64,000 bases of DNA from Veleropilina oligotropha (Eukaryota): NCBI GenBank assembly GCA_048128005.1, contig JBEUKZ010000137.1:186001-250000 (forward strand), written 5' to 3'. Shown piece by piece: positions 53,945 through 64,000 of this stretch. The translations under genes and the position numbers were made by a program. Position 1 is the first letter of the stretch. Each line of letters begins with the position of its first letter. Under the pieces are notes generated by a model. It was not told the DNA's origin. It saw nothing but the letters and a program-made list of their open reading frames with translations, and ran no database searches.

Positions 53945-56769
53945 CTAGGGCCGAGGCTTCCCTCTCCCGCTCTGCCGACGGGATTTCGTTGGAGGTGCTC
54001 GCCTCTTCGGAGTGGGTTTATTGGCCGGGGGCCTACCACCAGAAGAGGGCCTTGCACGCTTGGAAGGCTTCGGGGTCCGGGTGGGCCCTGAACGCTTCCT
54101 CGAGTCGGCGGGTGGACCCCCAGGGGGGTGCAGCATCGCCTTCTCGACGGCACGGTCCTTCAGGTCCGCCGCTCTCTTGTCGACGAATTCCGAGAAATTG
54201 TCGCCAAATAGAGTGGGGGCCGAGCAAGGCACGCATCGCAATGAGCGCCGGGTGGCCTCATCTAGCGAGGTGCCTTCAAGGTAAGCGTCCCTACGAAGTA
54301 GGAGTGCGTTACCCAGGACACGTCCCGTCTCCAACGCGCTGGTCTCCATAACGGCAGCAACCTCCTGGAGGAAGGACAGGGCTGCCCACGGGCGCCGGGT
54401 CCGTCCTCCTGTAATACGGCTATCGCCCCGTCTAGGAAAAACTCCGCAGAGCCCGTCGGGCGGAGCTCTCGAAAGCTTCCAAGGCGGACCAAGGAACTTT
54501 CGCTACAGAGGGAGTGTGACTGGCGGTCAGTCGACGCAGCGTCAACACGAGCCGCTCAGTCGCCAGGCACGGACCAGTACATGCGAACGGGATCGAACGC
54601 GAACTGGCCCGGAAGTACCTCCCACTACGGAACCCCGAAGGGAACTCCGTCAATGGGGAGGACTCCACCGGATTGCGCCCCTGAATGAGCTTCGTTGTCG
54701 AGTCTACCACCAGATCAACAAGCCCAGACTGAGGTAAGGAAGGAAGCAAGGGGGCTTCCTTCGCAACAAACCGATGTGCCGCCGTCCTGTGCTTGACCGA
54801 GCCTACGGCCGACCGAGTCGGTTCCGGCAAGCCAAGCACCCCGCGAAGTGACGCAACGGCGTCTAGCCTTCGGCGGGTGGTGGAGGTCGGCTCCTGCGTG
54901 CCTGAAAGACTACCGTCTTCGGGCCCGACCGATTCAGGGAGGTCGGAGTGAGTAGAGTCGAGGTCCTCGTCGGAACGAGGGTCGATCTCCATCACGGAGG
55001 CAGGAGCCGTGCTCTGCGCCACGGGCAGAGGTGTAGGGAACTGTGGCGGCTCGGGAGCCGGTTGCCAGGCCTTACATCGAGACTCGAACTCCGCCGCGAT
55101 CATAGCCTGGACGTTCTCGTATGAGAAACCCGGAGGCATGACGGGCGTTGAACTAACAGCCGGTAGTTCTGTCGAGGTCACGGTGGCGCAAGGTAGACGG
55201 GCTGCACGGACAGGTGGTCCCGACGAGAACCAGGGTCTCGGGTCACCTGTCGAGCGGTCGAACCCGAAAGACTGGCCCGAAGGCGCAATCAGTGGGCCGG
55301 ACGACCTGTAGGACTGCGGCCACAGTCCGTACTGGTCTACCGCTCTGTTCGAGCGAGGCACGGTCGGATCACCGTAAAACCCCGTCCCGAACGCAGCCGG
55401 TCTGTCCACGTTCTCTAGCGTGACCATCGTGGGTGCACGGGAGATAACGGGCCCTCTGAAACAGTCGTGAGCTCCGAGGTTGAGCGGAAAAACCCGAGGG
55501 TTAGTCGCGTCGGTCTCGGACGAGGTTTCAGGCGTCGCCAATTGTCCGGATCTTAGACCATCGTAATGGTGTCCGGCCTCTTTATTGGCTTTCTCATTGG
55601 GTTGCTCTCCGTCGTTAAACGGAGAGTTTCCCGCAGAAGGACTAACATTCCCCATATTCTTCGAGGCCGAAGAATAGGAAGGGGATTGTCTGCCCTGTTC
55701 AGCGGTTCGCCGCACTGCCAGATATACCTTGCTAGCCGGCAAGGTATGGTTGGCTGCAGTTACTAGGCCCGTTTGAGGAGGATCGAACAGCACTCGGGCT
55801 TTTATTCTCCTACCTGAATCTGGGGTCCCGGCAAGGTTTCGGTGACTCCCCCATGAGTCGCGGAGGTTTCGCCGGTAGATCCGGCGACAGACGGTTTATT
55901 TGGTCGACTGTCGTCCAGCGTCCCTGAAGTAGACAAAACTAGAAATGTGTCCATCGGACACGGATGCCACCACTGGCATCCTTGACAATAGGGGCAGCAA
56001 AGATCTTTTTGTAGAGTTATTTACAGACAAATCCATGAAGGCAAATATAAGTTATAGCAGATTGGAGTTGCTTACACGCAAATACTGGTTTGAAGAGCTA
56101 AGTCATTTGACCTTGACCTTGGCCATACGGCGACATGGATGGGTCGCAGAAGCGAAGCATGAATGATGATAAGCAAGTGTACAAAGTATCAAGTCAATCC
56201 ATGAAGGCAAATAGAAGTTATAGCAGATTGGAGTTGCTTACACGCAAATACTGGTTTGAAGAGCTAAGTCATTTGACCTTGACCTTGGCCATACGGCGAC
56301 ATGGATGGGTCGCAGAAGCGAAGCATGAATGATGATAAGCAAGTGTACAAAGTATCAAGTCAATCCATGAAGGCAAATAGAAGTTATAGCAGATTGGAGT
56401 TGCTTACACGCAAATACTGGTTTCGGGACGGACGGGACGGGACGGGACGGACGGACGGACGGATGGGACGGGACGGACGGGACGGACAAGAGTAAATCTA
56501 AATGCCACCCCAATAAATTGGTGGTGGCATAAAAACGTTAATTCCCTTTAACCTACCATTTTGTCCCTTCTCCGGGGGAGAACCCACCGTGGTAACCGCT
56601 CTGGTCGGCTTCACTGGTGGAAATAAGATCGCCCACTGCCTCTCTGTTAAAACTAGGCACAGTTCACGTTTATAAACTTACTGCAGTTACGGTGAACACG
56701 GCATTCCGTGTGCGTATCAAAATCCGTGAATCTTCTTTGGTTACACCCGGAGCTACTGCACCGGACCAT
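53945..56769 (-). pseudogene. DIRS gag-like ORF1 (frameshifted, interrupted by a HINE)
   Basis: N-terminal Cys/His cluster (MVRCSSSGC...DTHTECRVHRNC), Pro/Ser-rich middle, LLRRDAYL...LFG C-terminal motif. Confidence 0.75.
55937..56535. mobile_element. HINE-like element, family E (166-bp units), inserted in DIRS gag
   Basis: AACTAGAAATGTGTCCATCGGACACGGATGCC start, (GGAC)n, hairpin ATGCCACCCCAATAAATTGGTGGTGGCAT. Confidence 0.85.
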
Positions 56770-57736
56770 AGCTGATACACGGGAGGGTGGTAGTGGGTGG
56801 AACGGGGTAGATAAAAAGGTATATGTTTGGTAGTTGTGACTTTTACTACAACAACTTTTAGATTGCCCTAATCTGAAGATCAAAGATCAGGCGATATACC
56901 GCAAAATAACCCCGAACTGGGAACACCGAGGCCGGGTAATAAACCCGACAAATAGACTAAACAAACGGGGGTTCTTTCTTAGAAAAAACCGCCCAGGAAA
57001 ACACCTGAAAACCTCGTGGATGTTTTAAAATTAGTACAATGGTGTATTATCCCAGTAACGGCAGGATATCAGAATAACTAAAGTTGATATCTAAACAATC
57101 CTGCCTTTTAACGACGCTAAATATTTATACAATAATTACCAGCAATAAGCGTCATTAAGGAATTATCCAATATAATGAGTTACCTGTTTGCAGTCTCAAA
57201 CAATATCAGATAAAATATACCGACCAGAAATTTCTTCTATACACGAAACTTCCCCTCTGAGCGGCCCATGCTTTTCTCGGCAACGGCGGCGATGTCGGTT
57301 TCACTTGATTTTCACACAACTTCCTCGAAGTTTTTGATAAATCTTCTAATTCACTGATGTTTTATATCCTCAACACAGGGTATATTCTCTCCACAACTTA
57401 TAACTATGATATAAGCTGAATTAGCGTCTTCGATTTAACGTATAAATCGTCAGACTTCGAAATATTTGCGGAGCAACAAAACACGTTTTTCCGTCACGGC
57501 GGAAAACTTTGAATTGAGGTCTTGTGATCTCGAGCTCGGATATCTCGCGAGACTTGGCGAGATCTCGCCGGGGGAACTTAGAGAGGTGGAGCAGGGGAGG
57601 TGATCGTGGTGTGTTTTGACTTAATAAGTGCATAAATGTGACGTTATTCACTGTTTCCGGTTGGCGATAATATGACTATTATGGCAAGAGTAAGGACGTA
57701 AGTATGTTTGTAACTACATATTAAGATATGATTCAC

Positions 57737-57934
57737 CTCCATGATGACTGTCAGCAGGGCGTAGTTGTTCGACACAAACACGATGCGTTCCTGGATGAGC
57801 ATCGCGGTAATTATTTTGAGAATCTCGTCCATGTTGAAGCAGAGGAAGACGAGGTGGATGGGTAGGTCGACCACGGGCTTGCCGGACCAGTTGGGAGGCA
57901 TGAGGAGAAAGGGGATGCCGTACACAGTCACCTC
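57737..57934 (-). CDS. DENND3: DENND3-like exon, cDENN (EVTVYGIPF...DLPIHLVFLCFNMDEILKIITAMLIQERIVFVSNNYALLTVIME)
   Basis: CAG acceptor, GTGAAT donor, 198 nt, phase 0/0; matches the recalled DENND3 pattern DLxLHLxxLCF...RIVF.S...ALLT. Confidence 0.92.
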
Positions 57935-58039
57935 CTGAAATAAACAAGGTAATGTCGTACATTGTGACCCCATGAAAGGGACAAGGATGAAAGGGACAAG
58001 GATGAAAGGGACAAGGGAATAATGTTAAGCATGATCTCC

Positions 58040-58770
58040 TACAAGAAACATAATATTGCATAAGAGATTCAGAGTAATGTAAACGATACATTATACGCCC
58101 GCGTAATGAGTTTTGAAAGACTATATATAGCAACAAGGATGAAAACGAATAGGCTTCTTCCTTATCACATGATTAAGGCATCCAGCAAGTTTCAGTGGAA
58201 AATAATTTATATTTGCTTAGTTATCATGCAGAAACGAAATATTTCTTGTTTTCGAAGGGTCAGAAGTCAGCTACAAATCGAGCGTCAGGTTTAAAAATGA
58301 ATAGGCTTCTTCCTTGTCACATGATTAATGCATCCAGCAAGTTTCATTGAAAAATAATTTACATTTGCTTAGTTTCGTGAGGAAATGAAATATTTCTTGT
58401 TTTCGAACAAGGTCCATAAGTCAGCGACAGGGTTGAAAATGAATAGGCATCTTCCTTGTCACATGATTAAGGCATCCAGCAAGCTTCATTGAAAAATAAT
58501 TTATATTTGCACGATAACTAATATCGTGCCGAAACTAATTTTCTTTTCGTTTTCGAACAAGGGCCAGAAGTCAATGACGAATTGAGCGACATTGTTCAAA
58601 ATGAATATGCTTCTTCCTTGTCACATGATAAAACCATCCAGAAAGTTTTATATTTAAAGATGGTATATTTCTTGAGATATGGTGCGGAAATGAAGGAGGT
58701 GGACGGTCGGACAGACGGACGGACATCGCCATAGCATAATACACCTCGCCTTCGGCGGGCGTATAAAAAA
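58040..58770. mobile_element. HINE-like element with ~145-bp units
   Basis: Sub-TIR TATACGCCCGC / GCGGGCGTATA, repeated GAATAGGCTTCTTCCTTGTCACATGAT, GGAC tract. Confidence 0.7.
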
Positions 58771-58879
58771 GAACTAATGGTGACCTCCTGAAATAAAAAA
58801 CACAACAATTATGGAGTTAATAAGAACGATTTCAGCCGGTGTCCTCATCAGCCACTATATACCATAGACATGAATTTCA

Positions 58880-60420
58880 TGGGCGGCATAGTCAGCCGAT
58901 ACATACCACAGACACGGATCACGCGGGAGGCATCATCAGCCGATACATACAACAGACACGGATCCTGTAGGGGGCATCATCAGCCGATACATACCACAGA
59001 CACGATCACGCGGCATCATCAGCTGATACATACCACAGACACGGATCACGCTGCATCATCAGCCGATACATACCACAGACACGGATCACGCGGCATCATC
59101 AGCCGATACATACCACAGACACGGATCACGCGGCATCATCAGCCGATACATACCACAGACACGGATCACGCGGCATCATCAGCCGAAACATACCACAGAC
59201 ACGGATCACGCTGCATCATCAGCCGATACATACCACAGACACGGATCACGCCCACAGACACGGATCACGCGGGGGGCATCATCAGCCGATACATACCACA
59301 GACACGGATCCCGCTGCATCATCAGCTGATACATACCACAGACACGGATCACGCTGCATCATCAGCTGATACATACCACAGACACGGATCACGCGGGGGC
59401 TTCATCAGCCGATACATACCACAGACACGGATCACGCTGCATCATCAGCTGATACATACCACAGACACGGATCACGCGGCATCATTAGCCGATACATACC
59501 ACAGACACGGATCACGCGGCATCATCAGCCGATACATACCACAGACACGGATCACGCTGCATCATCCGCTGATACATACCACAGACACGGATCACGCGGC
59601 ATCATCAGCCGATACATACCACAGACACGGATCACGCTGCATCATCAGCTGATACATACCAGACATGGATCACGCTGCATCATCCGCTGATACATACCAC
59701 AGACACGGATCACGCTGCATCATCAGCTGATACATACCACCGACACGGATCACGCTGCATCATCAGCTGATACATACCACAGACACGGATCACGCAGCAT
59801 CATCAGCCGATACTTACCACAAACACAGATCACGCGGGGGGCATCATCAGCTGATAATTACCACAGACACGGATCACGCTGCATCATCAGCTGATACATA
59901 CCACAGACACGGATCACGCTGCATCATCAGCTGATACATACCACAGACACGGATCACGCTGCATCATCAGCCGATACATACCACAGACACGGATCACGCG
60001 GGGGGCATCATCAGCCGATACATACCACAGACACGGATCCCGCGGGGGGCATCATCAGCTGATACATTGTAACCACAGACATGGATCACGCTGCATCATC
60101 AGCTGATACATACCACAGACACGGATCACGCTGCATCATCAGCTGATACATACCACAGACACGGATCACGCTGCATCATCAGCTGATACATACCACAGAC
60201 ACGGATCACGCTGCATCATCAGCTGATACATACCACAGACACGGATCCCGCTGCATCATCAGCTGATACATACCACAGACACGGATCACGCTGCATCATC
60301 AGCTGATACATACCACAGACACGGATCACGCTGCATCATCAGCTGATACACACCACAGACACGGATCACGCAGCATCATCAGCCGATACATACCACAGAC
60401 ACGGATCCCGCGGGAGGCAT
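58880..60420. repeat. 40-bp tandem array (~37 units) derived from an exon 3' end plus GTATGT donor
   Basis: Unit GATACATACCACAGACACGGATCACGCTGCATCATCAGCT; the last unit overlaps exon 60394-60502. Confidence 0.95.
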
Positions 60421-60502
60421 CGGTGTCATTGACAGGTGGTGCATGACATCCTTCACGAAGGTGTACATCTCCTCGGGGTCACGATTTATGTTCATCACCA
60501 AG
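60394..60502 (-). CDS. DENND3: DENND3-like exon (CLVMNINRDPEEMYTFVKDVMHHLSMTPMPPAGSVSV)
   Basis: CAG acceptor, GTATGT donor, 109 nt, phase 2/0; DENN PxPPxG motif. Confidence 0.9.
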
Positions 60503-60911
60503 CTGAAAAATAAATAACGTAAAACCTTCACCATCGGATCCCGATTTTTACAATTCCGCATCTTTATATTCGCTGAAATCACATCAACTGGAACATTTTT
60601 TGCTTGGGTCATGTAAAATTTAATCCTAGTCATTGGCTCAAGTTTAATCATGTCTGGAGTTTTCATAGAAATCCCAGATAACAGACAGACGAACTAACAG
60701 CAGTTTGGGAGGACATGTTGATCTTATCGCGGCCAGTTATGGACAACTGAACATATAATGCTATCGAGGTTCGAACTCATTTATGTTAGACAGAACATTC
60801 CTATCCACTATCAGTGGATGACAAAAGCATCACTGCCAGACAGGTGTATCCAGGCATAGGCACCCAGGCACGTGCCTACACATGTTATATTATTAAGTAA
60901 TTTTTTATGTT

Positions 60912-61402
60912 ATTCTCTATTTATTATATAAATGGTGTTGTTATTCGTTAAATAATGGAAAAAATATAATCGGTAATTCACTGATATATATTTTCACTCA
61001 CGTGAGTGAAAATATTTTCCGATATTTCACTCTCGTGAGTGAAAATATCAAAAACGCGTCATAAAGTGACATCATAAAAACGTTGTCCTTGGCGACGTGG
61101 TCTATGGCGACGTTATAATGGCGAACTACATTTCAACATTACAACGTCAACGTTCGTTCTTCTACAAAAATAAGCATGGCTAATACAATGGTAACATTTA
61201 TTTAATTGATAATTAACCCATTTATATAATAAATAGAGCATTCAATGTTATGTCAGAAATATTAAATATATTTTGTCTCGTGAACTATATCCTAGCCGAT
61301 TCACTCAAGGCCTCCGTCCTTTCGTGAATCCGCTAGAATATATTTCACTCGACAAAAATATATTTAATATTTCTGACATACCATCAAATACCCTCTATTT
61401 AT
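60912..61402. mobile_element. Palindrome-rich non-autonomous element (Crypton-like, tentative)
   Basis: Inverted CTCTATTTATTATATAAATGG / CCATTTATATAATAAATAGAG; TTTCACTCACGTGAGTGAAA palindromes; hairpin at 61250-61380. Confidence 0.55.
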
Positions 61403-61423
61403 CTTTGTGGTGAAAATAATGGC

Positions 61424-62014
61424 AACTAGAAATGTGTCCATCGGACACGGATGCCCCCACTGGCCATACGGCGACATGGATGGGTCGCAGAATCGAAGCA
61501 TGAATGATGATAAGCAAGTGTACAAAGTATAAAGTCAATCCATGAAGGCAAATAGAAGTTATAGCAGATTGGAGTTGCTTACACGCAAATACTGGTTTGA
61601 AGAGCTAAGTCATTTGACCTTGACCTTGGCCATACGGCGACATGGATGGGTCGCAGAAGCGAAGGATGAATGATGATAAGCAAGTGTACAAAGTATCAAG
61701 TCAATCCATGAAGGCAAATAGAAGTTATAGCAGATTGGAGTTGCTTACACGCAAATACTGGTTTGAAGAGCTAAGTCATTTGACCTTGACCTTGGCCATA
61801 CGGCGACATGGATGGGTCGCAGAAGCGAAGGATGAATGATGATAAGCAAGTGTACAAAGTATCAAGTCAATCCATGAAGGCAAATAGAAGTTATAGCAGA
61901 TTGGAGTTGCTTACACGCAAATACTGGTTTCGGGACGGACGGACGGGACGGACGGACGGGACGGACAAGAGTAAATCTAAATGCCACCCCAATAAATTGG
62001 TGGTGGCATAAAAA
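61424..62014. mobile_element. HINE-like element, family E
   Basis: Near-identical termini and units to 55937-56535. Confidence 0.85.
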
Positions 62015-62225
62015 ACATCGCATATGCACTCTCAGAATGCAGGAGAGGGTTTCGCACCATTTAAAAATTGTCAAAATTTTCCATTGATAGTAGTTTCAAT
62101 GTTGGTGCCTACACATGATTAAATGGCTGCATACGCCCCTGACTGCCAGAGTCTCAGGTGACATCCATATCATATCCAGGCATATTATATGAGCCAATGC
62201 TTTGAAGAGTCCTCAAAATCCTTAC

Positions 62226-62368
62226 CAAGACAGGCATTCCTTCATGGCCATCAAATACGGCTGCTTGGACATGAGCACGCAACATAGAGGCGCGTAGCAC
62301 TGAGTGCGGTCCTCGTCCGCGCTGGTAGAGCCGAGGTTCAGCGACAGCGTGAAGGTATCGTCAGTGCC
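62226..62368 (-). CDS. DENND3: DENND3-like exon (GTDDTFTL...QCYAPLCCVLMSKQPYLMAMKECLS)
   Basis: CAG acceptor, GTAAGG donor, 143 nt; DENN motif CxxSxxPY..KxCLS. Confidence 0.9.
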
Positions 62369-63147
62369 CTGTAAAAGAAATGAATTCACTATTACTTTGC
62401 ATGGTCGGATGCAGGATTTTGAAAATGTGTGGATGCTGAATTTGCGGAAAGATTTGACAATTAACGATGTGAACCTTCCTCTCCTTTATGAATCATTTTC
62501 ACCAAACTGTATGAGAAATTTTTTCATTTTGTTCATAAAAGGGGATGTGGGTCATTCAAACCAAATGTTTATCTGATCGGATATTACCCTATAATCATGA
62601 TCCTGATTGAGATATGACTGGATAACTGAACAAGAACGACGCGTTCGGAATATGTCTTGACCTTTCTTTATTTCCGTCAAATTTTCATAACAGTTATAAC
62701 GTTACAATGGTTAAGTGCAAGTACTTCATGGCTTAATTTACTACCCCGTCGATTGTGACGTCACCAAATGACGATTAATCTAAAGCGACGTCGTAATGAC
62801 GTCATTGCTATTTGCTTGCAATATTAGTCATATGTTATATACAAACATGCATAAAAGTGCCTAATAAATGCATATTTTTGCAATATTGTGTCGTGAAAGT
62901 TATATACACGACCTACAAATACTCGTGGGAATATGTGTACCAATTTTGGTGAAAATTGAACCGGTAGTTTTCGAGAAAATCAGCGGATATATATATAAGT
63001 ATATATGTATATACACACAAACCATTTGATAATGTCTTGTCATTTTTTACAAAAAGGTCAAGACATAAAAAGCAGACCATTTTGCACATGTATATTATAC
63101 CAGCATTATATTGAAGTCAATACCCAAGGTTCTGAACATACTTTATT

Positions 63148-64000
63148 AGACTATAAATGTGTCCATCGGACACGAATGCCCCCACTGGCAGCCTTGACCA
63201 TAGGGGCAGCAAAGATCGTTTTCTGGAGTTATTTACAGACAATTAATGGAATGGGTGAGTCGCAGAAGGGAAGTACGAATGATGATAAGCAAGTGTATGA
63301 AGTATCATTTCAATCCATGAAGGCAGATGGAAGTTATAGCAGAATGGAGTTACTTGCATGCAAATACTGGTCCGAAAAGCGAAATCATTTGACCTTGACC
63401 TTTGGCATAGGGGTGACATGGGTGGGTCGCAGAAGCGAAGTATGAATAATGATAAGCAAGTGTATGAAGTATCATTTCAATCCATGAAGGCAGATGGAAG
63501 TCATAGCAGAATGGAGTTTTACTCGCACGCATTACTGGTCCGAAGAGCTAAGTCATTTGACCTTGACCTTGGGCATAGGGGCGACATGGGTGGGTCACAG
63601 AAGGGAAGTATGATTGATGATAAACAAGTGTATGAAGTATCAAGTCAATCCATGAAGGCAGATGGAAGTTATAGCAGAATGGAGTTACTCGCATGCAAAT
63701 ACTGGGCCGAAGAGCTAAGTAATTTGACCTTGACCTTTGGCATAGGGGTGACATGGGTGAGTCGCAGAAACGAAGTACGAATAATGATATGTAAGTGTAT
63801 GAAGTATTATAAAGTCAATCCATGAAGGCAGATGGAAGTCATAGCAGAATGGAGTTCCTCGCACGCAAATACTGGTCCGAAGAGCTAAGTCATTTGACCT
63901 TGACCTTGGGCATAGGGACGACTGAATGGGTCACAGAAGTGAAGTATGAATGTTGATAAGGAAGTGTATGAAGTATCAAGTCAATCAATTAAGGCAGATG
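63148..64000. mobile_element. Diverged HINE family E relative, truncated by the window end
   Basis: AAATGTGTCCATCGGACACGAATGCCCCCACTGG start and ~168-bp units. Confidence 0.75.

Larger units (their letters stand above)
49894..57720 (-). mobile_element. Full-length DIRS1-like tyrosine-recombinase retrotransposon, decayed
   Basis: Inverted terminal repeats (~49928-50131 vs ~57506-57709), internal complementary region ~50194-50283 joining both termini, gag-RT-RNaseH-MT-YR relics, no TSD. Confidence 0.93.

Noticed and set aside
53411..55423. Plus-strand GC-rich ORFs
   Set aside because: Antisense shadows of DIRS gag/pol.
55924..56556. Intron in DIRS gag (GTAGGT ... TTCAG)
   Set aside because: Without the HINE it would be only ~40 nt, and the frame reads through (NGRLKGINVLSTSGTL) once the insertion is removed.
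58870..59652. 260-aa His-rich ORF
   Set aside because: Plus-strand read of the 40-bp array, antisense to the host intron.

Overview
Repeat-rich animal genomic DNA. The repeat repertoire looks lophotrochozoan, probably molluscan (inference). The backbone is 13 internal, phase-consistent minus-strand exons of a DENND3-like Rab GEF gene (62368 down to ~9418); both ends of the gene lie outside the window. Its introns hold a full-length but decayed DIRS retrotransposon, two 5'-truncated L2/CR1-type LINEs, two tRNA-SINE families, many Helentron/HINE-like tandem-repeat elements, several MITE types and palindromic Crypton-like elements, often nested. At 377-7413 lies a spliced DDE/D-type transposase gene. 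Its first intron carries the most unusual structure in the window: conserved ~21-bp inverted motif pairs repeated at a ~200-bp period and separated by unrelated ~140-bp AT-rich spacers. Two host exons also have their 3' end plus splice donor amplified into long tandem arrays. All coordinates were read by eye and no database searches were run.
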